Assembly (NCBI RefSeq): GCF_006345805.1 | Contig: NC_043012.1 | Span: forward strand, 5,332,001-5,396,000 | DNA: 64,000 nucleotides | From: Octopus sinensis | Taxonomy: Eukaryota | Reading direction: 5' to 3' | Shown here: piece after piece, positions 35,213 to 48,850 of the stretch | Position numbering within the stretch: position 1 is the first letter of the stretch | Layout of the letters: every line of letters begins with the position of its first letter | The notes under the pieces: model-generated | Databases searched by the model: none | The model's input: only the letters and a program-made list of their open reading frames with translations | What the model was told of the DNA's origin: nothing | Position numbers and translations under genes: made by a program

Positions 35213-35245
<33 letters not shown>

Positions 35246-35246
35246 A

Positions 35247-35345
<99 letters not shown>

Positions 35346-35386
35346 CGCATTGTGTACTCACCAGATTTCAAATGTTAAACACATTT

Positions 35387-35750
35387 CATTACGGCCATTT
35401 CAAGCGGCTCCTTTAAAATGATTAGTGAAAACATTACATCATTTGAAAGAAACTGCTCTCGTCAGATGACCGCATAGACTTCTAACATAAAGGACATAAC
35501 CATTTTTAAACATATTTACATCAATAATGGAACTAATAATATTTACATTGTTACACTGAGTTTAGAAAATAATACATTCTGCCACAGATATGACAAAAGA
35601 AACAATATAAATGTTTTGAGTTCCATTATTGATGTAAATATGTTTTTTAAAATGGTTGTATCCTTATGCTTGAAGTTTATGCGGTCATCTGACGAGAACG
35701 GATTCTTTTATATGATGTAATTAAAGGAGCCGAATCAAACAGCCGTAATG
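35387..35750. mobile_element. Fold-back MITE-like element with about 130-150 bp arms and an 84-bp spacer
   Basis: 35387-35534 is the reverse complement of 35619-35750 (e.g. CTCGTCAGATGACCGCATA / TATGCGGTCATCTGACGAG; ACATATTTACATCAATAATGGAACT / AGTTCCATTATTGATGTAAATATGT). Confidence 0.8.
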
Positions 35751-36056
35751 AATTGACACCTGTACATCTTTGTTACTCATTTATATTCTATTCACCTAAC
35801 TTGGAATCTGCCCTTCGGAAGTACTACAGAAAGTAGCTATATAAAAAAAAATGTCTAAATTACCAAGAACGGATATCTTCACTTAGGTGGGTTGCGCTGT
35901 CTGCACACACGGCAGGAATATCAGGTACAAACACCTCTGCACGGAGTCTTGATATTCTGTATTTAATTTATATTGTCTGGATGTGCTGATTATACTGCAA
36001 AACGCCTGCAAAGCGCCCCAATTTAAGTACTAATTCAATTATATCTTAAATATATA

Positions 36057-36144
<88 letters not shown>

Positions 36145-36249
36145 ATGCTCTCATAAAAGCGAACCATTTTTGCATGTATTGTTACATGTATTGAAAAATG
36201 TATTCATTTCAACTGTAGTAAGTGCTCTGCGCGGTGATTGGATAGAGAG

Positions 36250-36835
36250 GAAATACCAAAACACAACCCAAAAAAGAATATTCACCAAAAAAAGATTAAT
36301 AGAGTCTGTTTGGTGGTCCAGCGCTGGTGTCACCCACAACAGCTTCATGAGACCTGGTAAGTCAATTACAGAGGATGAATACATCAGCCAACTGGATGAA
36401 ATGATGAGTGAACTTGCAGTTAAACAAAAGCGATTGGCAAACAGAGACAGGCCAACTCTCTTGCAAGACAATGCTCGATTGCATGTTTCACAAAGAACGC
36501 TACTCACGTTACAGGAACCGAACTTGGAAGTACTCAGTCATCCACCATATTCACCAGACATTGCACCAACTGACTATCACGTGTTCGAAATATTGGACAA
36601 CTCTTTGCAGGGAAAAGACTTCAAGTCTGAAGAAGATGCGAAAGCAGCCTTTCGTGATTTCATCATCTCTTGCTCTCCAGAATTCTTCGCTGCTGGCATA
36701 AATAAGCAACCGATAAAATGGCAAAATTGTGTTGATAATATAGGTGCATACTTTGATTAACGGCATTGGTATTTGTTGAGATAAGAGTAAACTTTCTGTT
36801 CAAAATTGGACATTTCATTCTTAATGACCAAACAC
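36250..36835 (+). mobile_element. Mariner transposase C-terminal half and probable right end
   Basis: LLQDNARLH, HPPYSPDIAPTDYHVF, ending GAYFD* at 36760; the N-terminal half is absent. Confidence 0.9.
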
Positions 36836-37309
36836 TAACAATTTTAGTACCTCGGCCGTGGACAAATACTAGAAACGAAGTTGTCAATTATTTGGCTGCT
36901 AGTCTGTCCTTACTGTCCAGTTGATCTCTGTCTCCCCAATCTCTACTGAATTAGGTAACACTACTGCCTTCTCAAGGCATTGACAAATGACGTCACAATA
37001 TTTAAATTTCTATCTATCGAGCCGTGATGTAGATTTCTCCTGAGATTCAACGATTCAAAAGTTTAAGAATAACAAAACTGAAAAATCGTTAAAAAGTACA
37101 TTTATTTTCTCTGCGTAATTGAAGTAAATTGATTTCGGCAAGGAATCGAAACTGAATCACACAAACCTGTTACCCTTCCTTAAACGTTCAAATACTTTCA
37201 AAATATATAACCGTTAAAATGATTTTATTCCATGTTTCCAGGTGATTCAATTTGACTAAATGATATTAAAGAAAGCCATAAGAACTTCTTGTTATTGCAA
37301 GGACAGGTT

Positions 37310-37810
37310 TCTTTATTTAACACACTCTCTCTCACTCTCCCTCCCTCACTTGCTCTCTTTCTCTCCTCCCTCTCCCTCTCTTCTTTCTCTCTTTCTCTCC
37401 CTTCCAATCTCTTTGCTTTCCTCGTTTTTCCTCACTCTTTTAACTCTTTCTTTTTTCTTGTTCTCATTTTTTGTCTCTCTTATTCTCTTTCCGTTCTTCT
37501 TTCTTCGCTCATCACTCCTCTCTCTTCACACTCTCCTCTATCTCTCGTTATCTGTTTCCTCTCTCTCTCTCAGTCGCTCTCTCTCTCTCTCCCTCTCTCT
37601 CTCAATCTCTTTCTCTCACTCTGTCGCTCTCGCTCTCACTCTTCTTTTCTCATCTCAACTCTATATTTTCCAGTCTTTTCCTCAAAGGACTGGCTTATTT
37701 CGTTTGTTCCTCTCTTTCTCTCTTTCTCCCTCTCGCACTCTCTCTCGCACTCTCCCTTTCAATTCTGATCTTTCTCTCCTTCCTTCCAACTTCATTTTAT
37801 GCTTTCTTCT
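37310..37810. repeat. Degenerate (CT)n polypyrimidine tract
   Basis: Direct inspection. Confidence 0.9.
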
Positions 37811-37868
37811 CTATATTTTCAAGCATTCTTAATTACGTTTATTGATTAATTTGCCCCATTTACAAAAA

Positions 37869-37900
<32 letters not shown>

Positions 37901-38251
37901 AGAGAAAGAGAGAAAGACAAGCAGGCAGAGTGACCGACAGACAGACAGGTAGACAGAAAGACAAACAGACAAGCATACAGACAGGTCGTGTGTATGAGTG
38001 AGTCTAAGTGTAAAAGAGAAGGCGTGTGTGTGTGATTAGTGAGAAAGTGTGTGTGGTTGTAATAGAGCGTTTATATGGCTAGGAGAAATAGGTGTGTGTG
38101 AGAGAGAGAGAGAGACGGATACAGTACAGGGAAAAGACAAGGTGCGTGTATGAATGAGAAGAACGGTGCAAGTGTGTGTGTGTGTGTTTGTGTGTGTGTG
38201 TTTGTGTGTGTGTTTGTGTGTGTGTGTATGTGTGTGTGTGTATGTGTGTGT

Positions 38252-38306
<55 letters not shown>

Positions 38307-38748
38307 AAGAGTGAGAATATTTGTGTGTGAAGAAAGAGACAGAGACAGAGAATGTGTGTGAAAAAGCTTATGTGATTGTCTGTGTGTACTCGTATGTGCG
38401 TATACGTGTGAAAAAGCGACATGTCTCTGTCGACGTGTGTATCTGTGCGCCGGTATGTATGTGTGTATGTGTGTGTATATGTGTGTATGTGTATGTGTTT
38501 ATGTGTATGTGTTTATGTGTGTGTGTGTGTATGTGTGTGTGTTTATGTGCGCGCGCGCGGTAGTGTGTTTACGGCTAAATTGATGTGCCATATTATAAAT
38601 GACGGATAGCAAAAATTTCACATATTTCTCAAGACACAAAAGACTGCTTTTTTTTCTTCAATTTTCCGTCTTTTCAATTTCTACTAATAGTTTTAGCGTG
38701 TTCCTTGCTACCATCACCACCACCACACTACAGCTTACTAGTAGTAGT

Positions 38749-38783
<35 letters not shown>

Positions 38784-38850
38784 TAGTAGTAGAAGCAATG
38801 ATGCTACTACTAATACAAATATTATTACTATTTTTTATTATATTTTTATC

Positions 38851-38900
<50 letters not shown>

Positions 38901-39179
38901 TGCTTACTGTCTTGGACACTATTGATTTTTGATATTGGCAATAGGACACACGTTTGTTTTTTTAGGGTGCGGAGGATGGTGCCAATTTTGCTAGAAACCA
39001 AAAGCAAAGTACTTCGCTTGCCTTTTTTATTTTATCGATCTTGTCGGAATTTGAACTCGAAACATTAAACGAAGTAAATAAATAGCGATTTATAGTATAG
39101 GTACAAAAATCATAAACTTTGGTGGATGGTTGAGATGTAATAAATCGACTGGGTTTTTTTTGCCAGGTTACTGGTGTCT

Positions 39180-39430
39180 TCCTTGCCCCCTTGCACCCTT
39201 GCCACCAACCACATCCTTCCTTCCGGTCAATTCAACATGTGAAACGGTTAATTCATCACGTTTTTTTCTTCCTCCGTTTTCTTTCTTCTCACCATGTTTT
39301 CTTTCCTCGTTCCTTTCTGTAGAAGAGCGCAGGCCTGAAACGTCAAGGACTCTTCCATCGTTTCTTACTGTCACACTAATATACCCTGAATGCTGTTCCT
39401 TCACCTGTGTCTGTCTACTGGGTTTTTTGG
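39180..39430 (+). mobile_element. Probable PLE 3'-end fragment with decayed hammerhead (39311-39349)
   Basis: TCCTTT-CTGTAGA-A-GAGC(GCAG)GCCT-GAAA-CGTC-AAGGA in a pyrimidine-rich context. Confidence 0.45.
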
Positions 39431-39494
39431 CATTCTTTTCTTTATTGCATATTTTGAACTATAATATAGATACATATATGCATGCATACACACA

Positions 39495-39537
<43 letters not shown>

Positions 39538-39571
39538 TATATATATAAATATATATATATATATACATATA

Positions 39572-40817
39572 TAAGGTCATCCCATAAGTTCTGTCCAATT
39601 TCACCTAATGTCTAATGGAATTAAAATTTATTTTTATGTATTTGTGTACATTTAAACTAATTAAATATTATTTTACAGAATAATAGAATTAAAATTTCTT
39701 TGATTAAAACCCTTTCTAACATGGAAGTATCCAAAGAGCATTTGAGGCGCATAATGCTTTATGAGTACAAAAAAGGAAACTCTGCAGACGAAGCGACTCG
39801 AAACATACACTCAGTTTATGGGAAAGACTGCTTGAATGAAAGAACTTGCAGAAGATGGTTTGCAAAATGCAGAAGTGGAGATTTCAGCCTTGAAAATGAA
39901 GATCGAACAGGACGTCCAGTTGAGTTTGATGGTAAGTTCCTTGAGGCATTACTTGAAGAAAATCCTGCATTATCAGTTGAAGAATTGACAATAAAGCTTA
40001 GTTCAAACCATACAACTATTCATTGTCATCTTCAACAACTTGGAAAGTTTTCTAAACTTAGAAAATGGGTGCCTCATGAATTGTCCGAAACAATCGCAAA
40101 TCCCGAGTTGACATCTGCTTTTCTCTCCATTCTCGTGAACTCATTTCACCCTTTTTGGATAGACTTGTAACTGGTGATGAAAATGGATCTTCTATCGAAA
40201 TGTTAAACGTCGTAAACAGTGGCTTGGTAAAATGGAAGAGGCTCAACCACAACCGAGAAGGGAACTTCATGGGAAAAAGGTTCCCTTTATCTGGTAGGAT
40301 TACAAAGGAGTAATTCATTTTGAATTGTTACCAGCTAATGCAACAATCAATGCTCAAGTCTACTGTCAGCTATTAGAGCGTTTGAACCAAGCTTAGAAGA
40401 AAAAAGACCCGCTTTAGTGAATCGAAAAGGAGTGATATTTCATCAGAACAATGCGCGACCCACACTGGAAAGATCACATAACAGAAGATCCAACAGCTTG
40501 GTAGGGAAAAAATTCCTCATGCACCTTATTCTCCCGACCTTGCTCCTTCAGACTACCATTTGTTTCGTACTTTACAGAATCACTTGGGGGACATAACATT
40601 CGCAAGCCAGGAGGAGGTCGAAACTGACACTTCAGAGTTCTTCGCTTTGAAACCAAATGAGTTTTACATTGATGGAATTATAAAGCTTGTAAATAGGAGG
40701 TAGGAAGTCATAGATGATCAGGGAAAATACATTGATGTTTGAATTTCAATTAAATATAACATTTGATCACTTGTTTAATTTACTCAAAATTCGGACAGAA
40801 CTTATGACATGACCTGA
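39572..40817 (+). mobile_element. Full-length (1246 bp) defective mariner transposon in a TA array
   Basis: TIRs TAAGGTCATCCCATAAGTTCTGTCC and reverse complement TCAGGTCATGTCATAAGTTCTGTCC, TA flanks; ATG at 39721, HTH region, WVPHEL, VTGDE, PYSPDLAPSDYHLF; frameshifts and stops. Confidence 0.93.
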
Positions 40818-40828
40818 TATATATATAT

Positions 40829-40887
<59 letters not shown>

Positions 40888-40902
40888 TATATATATATAT
40901 CG

Positions 40903-41092
40903 TGGCACTCCATCGGTTACGACGATGAGGGTTCCAGTTGATCCAATCAACGGAACAGCCTGCTCGTGAAATTAAAATGCAAGTGGCTGAGCACTCCACT
41001 GACACGTGTACCGGAGAGATTCAGCATGACAAGGTTGGCCCTTCGAAATACAGGTACAACAGAAACAGGAAGAAAAAAGTGAGAGAAAGTTG
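40903..41092 (-). mobile_element. Family A SINE 3' half
   Basis: Homologous to 1270-1490. Confidence 0.85.
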
Positions 41093-41249
41093 TTTTTTTT
41101 TTGTTTAATTTTCCTGCTTTTACTTTATAATATATAATCGCTCTTATCAAATATCTCAGAACCCTTAAGGTTTTAGACATTTCCCTACCAACAGCACTTT
41201 GGTATGCCGTATTCTTGTTGAATATATTTGATTAAATTTGATTAATTTG

Positions 41250-41295
<46 letters not shown>

Positions 41296-41539
41296 CTTTC
41301 GACTTCTATGAATCGTTCTGATGATTAATCCGTTAGTTCCCTTTTCAAAACCCTTGTGCTTAGGTATTCATAAGTATATATATATATATATATGAACACT
41401 TTACATACGTGATAATGTTGATACTATATGTATAATATAAAGAATAAGAGTGTGAAATAGCCGTAAACGAATGGAATAAACATCTACTCTCTCACCACAA
41501 TTCTCTTACCCGCTCTGTTTAGACACAGAGAGAGAGCGA

Positions 41540-41624
41540 CACACACACACACACACAGCCACATAGACAGACAGAAGACGGACGGAGAGACAGACAGGCA
41601 GACAGACAGACAGATAGACACAGG

Positions 41625-41699
<75 letters not shown>

Positions 41700-41759
41700 G
41701 TAGAGATAGATATAGATAGATAGATGATAGCATAGATAGATAGATAGATAGATAGATAG

Positions 41760-41834
<75 letters not shown>

Positions 41835-41840
41835 CAGACA
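41540..41840. repeat. (GACA)n/(GATA)n array
   Basis: Direct inspection. Confidence 0.95.
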
Positions 41841-42069
41841 TATGTACAGACGTTTAGATAAAATAAGTATCAGAGAGGATTTACTTCCAAATTGCTTGTA
41901 TGTTTGTGTATAAATATTTGCGAATTTCTCGGACAAGTTTGTTCCAGTTTTTGCTTAATAGACTTTTCATCTGTTTATGAGTTCCTCGTAGTTTGTTTAG
42001 GAAAATGAGGTTCCGAATTCCATCATCGACATCTAGAATATGTGTTTCTTTTAACGACCGGACCCCAAA

Positions 42070-42290
42070 AGCTGGACTCTCCACAGACACACGTACCCTT
42101 AATGTAGTTCTCGGGGAGATTCGGCATGATGCAGAACGGGACAAGATTGACCCTTTGAAATATTGATAATTTTTGCCAGCTGAGTAGACTGGAGCAACAA
42201 GAAATAAAGTGTCTTGCTCAAGGACAAAACACGTCGCCAGTAATTGAACTCACGACTTTACGGTCGTAAGCGAATGCCCGAACCACAAAA
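42070..42290 (-). mobile_element. SINE fragment: family A-like body with a CORE-like head
   Basis: CTCCACAGACACACGTACCCTTAATGTAGTTCTCGGGG body plus GTCTTGCTCAAGGACA (reverse complement TGTCCTTGAGCAAGAC). Confidence 0.6.
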
Positions 42291-42309
42291 CCACATGTAT
42301 ATATATAAT

Positions 42310-42930
42310 TATTGTTTACGTATGCGTATGTATGCGCGTGTATGTATGCCTGAGTGCGTGTATGTATGTATGTATGTATGTATGTACGTGTGTATGTATG
42401 TATATGTGTGTGTATGTATCTATGCATGTATGTGTTATGTATCTATGTATGTATTATCTATGTATGTATATATGTATCTATGTATGTAAGTATGCATGTG
42501 TGTATGTATGTATGTATGTATGTATGTATGTATGTATGTATGTATGTATCTATGTATGTAAGTATGCAAGTGTGTATGTATGTATGTATATATGCATCTA
42601 TGTATGTATGTATGTGTGTATGTATGTATCTATGGATCTATGTGTGTATGTATTACGTATGTATCTATGCATGTACGTGTTATGTATCTATGTATGTATT
42701 ATCTATGTATGTATATATGTATCTATGTATGTAAGTATGCATGTGTGTATGTACGTGTGTGTATGTCTGTATGTATGCATGTTGTATGTATGTATGTGTG
42801 TATGTATGTATGTATGTATGTATGTATGTAGGTAGGTAGGTAGGTAGGTAGGTAGGTAGGTAGGTAGGTAGTAGATAGGTAGGTAGATAGGTAGGTAGGT
42901 AGGTAGGTAGGTAAGTAGGTCGGTAGGTAT
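42310..42930. repeat. (TATG)n and (TAGG)n arrays
   Basis: Direct inspection. Confidence 0.95.
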
Positions 42931-42934
42931 GGAT

Positions 42935-43215
42935 GCACTGCAAATTGCGATATGGCTTTTGTTCACAACAGAACATGTGGAACGTGTGAAAAGGTGTGCC
43001 TTTCAGTTGGAAGATTGAAAAGGTATGGCAAAAGAGTTCATACTGTGGCACCTGTTCTCTCTGTCAGCCAGCACAGCTGTGCATTATGCAATAGAATGTG
43101 CGAATCTTTGGCTAGGCTCAAGAGTCATAGAGAGGTCTCGCATTGCATCATCGATGATTCATTTCTTTCTAGCAATAAAAATTCTCATATACGAGAAAGC
43201 AACTAAATTGCATTT
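42935..43215 (+). mobile_element. Probable 3' end of an RTE-type LINE with two C2H2-like fingers
   Basis: CGTCEKVCLSVGRLKRY..RVH and CALCNRMCESLARLKSH...SH fit the CxxCxRxCxSxxGLxSH fingers at RTE C-termini; no TGEKP linker. Confidence 0.55.
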
Positions 43216-43222
43216 ATGTATG

Positions 43223-43413
43223 TAGGAGTGGCCGTGCGGTAAGAAGCTTGATTCCCAAACACATGCTTCCAAGTTCAGTCCCACTGCGTGGCACCTTGGG
43301 CAAGTGTCTTCTGCTTTATAGCTTCGGGCCACCTAAAGCCTTGTGAGTGGATTTGGGAGAAGGAAACTGAATGGAAACCGTTGTATATACATATATATGT
43401 ATATATGCATGTA

Positions 43414-43485
<72 letters not shown>

Positions 43486-43690
43486 TGTGTGTTTGTCCCC
43501 CCACCATCGCTTGACAATCGATGCTGGTGTGTTTACGTATCCGTAACCTAGCCGTTCGGTGAAAGAAACCGATAGAATAAGTACTAGGCTTACAGAGAAT
43601 GTTCTGGGGTCGATTTGTTCGACTAAAGGCGGTGTTCCAACATGGTTGCAGTCAAATGAATGAAACAAGTTAAAGAGTAAAAGAATGTAT
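43223..43690 (+). mobile_element. Full-length family B SINE
   Basis: Head, CORE-like segment, central (TG)n, AAAGAGT tail. Confidence 0.9.
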
Positions 43691-43948
43691 GTATGTATGT
43701 ATATATGTATGTATGTATATGTATGTATGTTTGTATGTATCAAAAATCAGTGCTTGACCATCTGAGCGAGCAAGGTAAGCAATTCCTTAAAAGACTATGC
43801 ATTCGCATATGTCAATATATGGTACTCCGTATATGCATATATAGATAAAGTTATATACAAATTTATACACACATACATTTTACATACAGCAATGTATTTG
43901 CGCATATGCATATATAAATATAGTCACATACACATACAAAGCAAGCAC

Positions 43949-43992
<44 letters not shown>

Positions 43993-44099
43993 TATAGAAT
44001 ATATTATAATATAATATATATAGATATATATATATATATATAAGCAAATCACACTTGATTGCCAGTGTGACAGTCAGACTTCAAATAATACTATATACT

Positions 44100-44590
44100 A
44101 ACATACACAGGCACATATATGTATGTAGTATGTATGCATGTATGTATTACTGTATGTATGTAGTATGCACATGTATGTATGTATGTATGTATGTAGTATG
44201 TATGTATGTACGTATGTACGTATATATGTATGTGGTATGTATGTATGTATGTATGTATGTATGTATGTATGCATGCATGTATGTATGTATGATGTCCGTA
44301 GTACGTATGTAGTATATATATGTATTTGTATGTAGTAGTATGTATGTATGTGTGTTTGTATGTATGCATATGTATGTGTGTATGTATGTATTATGTATGT
44401 ATGTATGATGTATGTATGTATGTATTATGTATGTAGTATGCATGTATGTATGTATGTATATGTATGTATGTAGTATATGTATGCATATATTATGGATGTA
44501 TGAATGTATGTATGTACGTATGTATGTATGTATGTATGTATGTATGCATGTATGTATGCATGTATGTATGTATGTATGTATGTATGTATA
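44100..44590. repeat. Degenerate (TATG)n array
   Basis: Direct inspection. Confidence 0.93.
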
Positions 44591-44979
44591 GAGAAGAACG
44601 CAAAGTGCAGCTTTCATAGAGTAAAGTTTGTTTTAGAAAATTCGTTTAACCGTAGTGACACACAAAATGATGACGTCTAGCTCACGGTTCGTTTAGCAGA
44701 TAGATAAAACGAATCTCTAATACACACACACACACACACACACCAACACACGCAAGCACGCATACTTACAAATATACTCATAAATGTATGTATATATACA
44801 TATACATAGAGGCATACACACGTCAATATGATCGAATAATGCACACGTATACGTCTACACAGTGTGTATACATTGGTCGGTATTCAAACACACAAACACA
44901 TGCTTATTAGTAACCGACTAAACATCTTCCAGCTCAAAGCTCCCAATTCTTAGATGTGTCTCAAGACATTAATATAAAC

Positions 44980-44982
<3 letters not shown>

Positions 44983-45054
<72 letters not shown>

Positions 45055-45055
45055 C
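44983..45055. repeat. (GTA)n microsatellite
   Basis: Direct inspection. Confidence 0.95.
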
Positions 45056-45157
45056 TGTTGATGTTTTCGTTGTCGTTGCTGGCTTGATTTTACTGTGAAT
45101 GCCAGTAAAGCTATGGCTGTGTGTTTAAGAAGTTCGCTTCGTAATTATGAGCATCTG

Positions 45158-45685
45158 AAAGGCGGTGAGCTGGTAGAAACGTTAGCACGCCGGGCGAAAT
45201 GCTTAGTGGTATTTCGTCTGCGGTTACGTTCTGAGTTCAAATTCCGCCGAGGTCGACTTTGCCTTTTATCCTTCCGGGGTCGATTAAATAAGTACCAGTT
45301 ACGCACTGGGGTCCATATAATCGACTTAATCTGTTTGTCTGTCCTTGTTTGTCCTCTCTGCGTTTAGCCCATTGTGGGTAGTAAAGAAATAGGTATTTCG
45401 TCTGTCTTTGCGTTCTGAGTTCAAATTCGACTTTGCCTTTCATCCTTTCGGGGTCGATAAATTAAATACCAGTTGCGTACTGAGGTTGATCTAATCGATT
45501 GCTCCCCCTCCCCAAAAATTGCGGTCCTTGTGCCTTGAGTAGAAAAGAATGCTTAGTAGTATTTCGTCTGTCTTTACGTTCTGAGTTCAAATTCCGCCGA
45601 GGTCGACTTTGCCTTTCATCCTTTCGGAGTCGATAAATTAAATACCAGTTGCGTACTGGGGTCGATCTAATCGACTGCTCCCCTC
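45158..45685 (+). mobile_element. Family C SINE multimer (head unit plus two headless units)
   Basis: Units restart at GTATTTCGTCTGTC near 45392 and 45560. Confidence 0.85.
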
Positions 45686-46182
45686 TCTTAATCGAAGGAA
45701 GTGTGTGTACTTTGAGGGTTGATGGAGTTGATCCGATGACCGGGTTAGCACCAATAACTGTAACATTATTACCAACACTATCACAGCCATTTGACATTTT
45801 TGTACTTTTTAATGGGACAACAGTATTCCAAACGATGTCATTTCAGTTTGATGTCATATCCTTGTGGTAATCCTGTAAGCCAGTACGACTTGTATTACGG
45901 TAAAGCTGTTGTCGTCTCCGACAGTAACGTCAATCTACAATCTCGCTCGATATGAGGAGTGGGGATACTCTCCCTGACAGAATTAAAAAGACGTGTCTAC
46001 GAGAGCAGATGAACTTAAAACAATCATGAAACCCCGCCCAATTTTTATCTTAGGTGGATATGAACGGATGTCCACGAAACCTAAAAATTGTGCAAGACCA
46101 CACCAACATTGCTTGACTACTTCTGCATCTGACGGTCTATCTCCTTATCTTCCTCCTTCTCTCTCTCTCTCTCCCTCCCTCT

Positions 46183-46228
<46 letters not shown>

Positions 46229-46309
46229 ACTCATGGGTAAGTGGGTGAGAGAAATCATCTGACAAATAAGAGAACCACCATAGATCGCTTACAATAGTTG
46301 TAGCTGAGA

Positions 46310-46435
46310 TAATCAGCAGCTTAAAATATTGAATCTTTATTCTCTCCAGCGCCGCCGTGAGCGCTATATCATTTGCATAATGTAGAGAGTCTACCATCAG
46401 CATTGCCCAAACAACCTTGACCTTAGATTCAGAAC
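46310..46435 (+). mobile_element. Short diverged fragment of the same CR1-group family as 11655-15088
   Basis: TATTCTCTCCAGCGCCGCCGTGAGCGCTATATCAT...CCATCAGCATTGCCCAAA matches about 14627-14700. Confidence 0.75.
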
Positions 46436-46569
46436 TTTTTTCTCCTTTTTTGAAGAAGATCTAACATACGAAACGTTATAGAGTTCCAGCGTTAAATTAA
46501 CATCGTCTTTGTCGCACTTTGTGCTTTCCGAATTGTTTTTCAACAGTTCATATACGTTGCAATATATGC

Positions 46570-46603
<34 letters not shown>

Positions 46604-46749
46604 TGATAGATAGATAGATAGATATAGATAGACAGACAGACAGACAGGCATAGGCAGCTAGATAGATACATACATACATACCAAATACATACATACATAC
46701 ATAAATACATACATACATACATACATACTACATACATACATCATACATC

Positions 46750-46919
46750 GGCATCCATAGGTTACGACGACGAGGGTCCAGTTGATCCGATTAACGGAAT
46801 AACCTGCTCGTGAATTTGTGCAAGTGGCTGAGCAAGTGGTTGAACATTGCACAGACACATATATCCTTAACGTAGTTCTCGGGGGAGATTCAGCGTGACA
46901 CAGTGTGTGACAAGGGCTG
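46750..46919 (-). mobile_element. Family A SINE 3' part running into the gap
   Basis: Homology to 1270-1430. Confidence 0.8.
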
Positions 46920-47019
46920 NNNNNNNNNNNNNNNNNNNNNNNNNNNNNNNNNNNNNNNNNNNNNNNNNNNNNNNNNNNNNNNNNNNNNNNNNNNNNNNNN
47001 NNNNNNNNNNNNNNNNNNN
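46920..47019. other. Assembly gap (100 N)
   Basis: Run of N. Confidence 1.
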
Positions 47020-47368
47020 CAACATCAACAACATCAACAACATATGCATTTTTATGCATTTCTATTGGAACCAATATTCTAAGTCGTCTCACGGCAACAT
47101 TATCAAGGCGTAAGATAAGAGTTGTTTCCCTTGGAACAAAATTAACTGATAACGGTTACGTCCCTTCTCTGTATTTAACGCTATTCTCCACTTCACAGAT
47201 TGTCGTTTGACGGGAACTGAATTTTCTTGTAAGTTAATTGCATGCCAATAATTCCGTTCTCTAAACAGCTTCAATGTTGGAGTGTACCGTGTGGCCGTTA
47301 ATCTCCTATCCTTTGTATATCTGTAGAGTTGTATTTGTACCTTCTACATTAGCTAAATAGAAACAACC

Positions 47369-47605
47369 CGAGGCGGCAAGCTGGCAGAAACGTTAGCACG
47401 CCGGGCGAAATGCCTAGCCGTATTTGGTCTGCCGTTACGTTCTGAGTTCAAATTCCACCGAGATCGACTTTGCCTTTCATCCTTTCGAGGTCGATAAATT
47501 AAGTACCAGTTATGCACTGGGGTCGATGTAACCGACTTAATCCCTTTGTCAGTCCTTGTTTGTCCCTTCTCAGTTTAGCTCCTTGTGGGCAATAAAGAAA
47601 TAAGA
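47369..47605 (+). mobile_element. Family C SINE monomer
   Basis: GGCGGCAAGCTGGCAGAAACGTTAGCACG head, Nin-like domain, AAGAAAT tail. Confidence 0.9.
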
Positions 47606-48169
47606 AACGGTAACAAACCTTTCATAATTCCATACCTGATTTTAACAGACAATCCAAAGGTGTGAGTAATAAACATCGTACAAACATTTGATACTAAATT
47701 AGTAAATATTTGAGTAAATACGGTAGTTTTTACATGAATAGCTTACCTGTACCCTGCCTACTTTGAAGGGATCAAACATGAAACGCTGTTGCGCTTGAGA
47801 TCATGGCATTCACACATTCCTCAGCCTTTGATCCATGTTCGTTGTGGATATCATACTTCTCCTTGTCATTGGATCATGTCAATGGATGGATAGGGTCGAT
47901 GAGGTGTCGTGCAATCCTTTTTCGACCTCAACTTTTGCATATGCATTGCTAGCATTCTACATGGACAATTGTAAGTAATTGTTTTCCTTTTGCGAATAGA
48001 GAATGAACCGGTTTCTAACCTAGATCCAAGGCTCCTTCATTGGAATTTCAACATCAACAACAGGGTGCTTTGTTTGTATGTATGTATGTATGTATGTATG
48101 TATTTATGTATGTATGTATGTATGTATGTATGTATGTATGTATGTATGTATGTATGTATGTTTGTATAT

Positions 48170-48238
<69 letters not shown>

Positions 48239-48352
48239 GAGACAGAGACAGACAGACAGACAGAAAGAGAAAGAGAGATAAGTAGATAGATAGATACATA
48301 CTTACATCTATACATATTTACTTACGTACACAGGCAGACAGTCAGCAGGCAG

Positions 48353-48400
<48 letters not shown>

Positions 48401-48850
48401 TGTGTGTGTGTGTGTGTGCGTATGTGTGTGAATTTACGTATGCATATATGTGTATGTATATGAGTATCGTGTGTATATTTTATTAGTGTATATGTGTGTG
48501 AGTGAGTGTTAGAGAGAAAGAGAGAAATCTTTGTTAATTTCGGTTCCGGCGTAGGGCTTTGTGGGGGAACCACTCTGTAACTGATGGAGATATCTCTTGT
48601 AGAGATATTACTAACACATAATTTGGTAAATTACAGGAAAGACAGCAGCAGCAAAAACAGGAAGAAAACAGCTTAGTGTGAAAAAATTGGTTTTTAAATG
48701 TTAGAATGATCAAAATAAACAAAAGACAAGTTTTTAAAAAGTATAATTTGTTGCTTTTTAGTGACATAAATAGCTTCTGGAATGGTAATAAGAGAGAGAC
48801 GATGCCAAGTGCCGTCACTAACTGTATTGTTAACAACGTTGAATGAGTAT

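Noticed and set aside
42952-43206. Host C2H2 zinc-finger gene exon
   Set aside because: The fingers are degenerate, lack TGEKP linkers and splice borders, and resemble RTE C-terminal fingers.
47746-47975. Minus-strand exon ending at a strong CAG|GTAAG donor
   Set aside because: All three frames contain stops; one frame faintly resembles a decayed LTR integrase tail, too weak to call.
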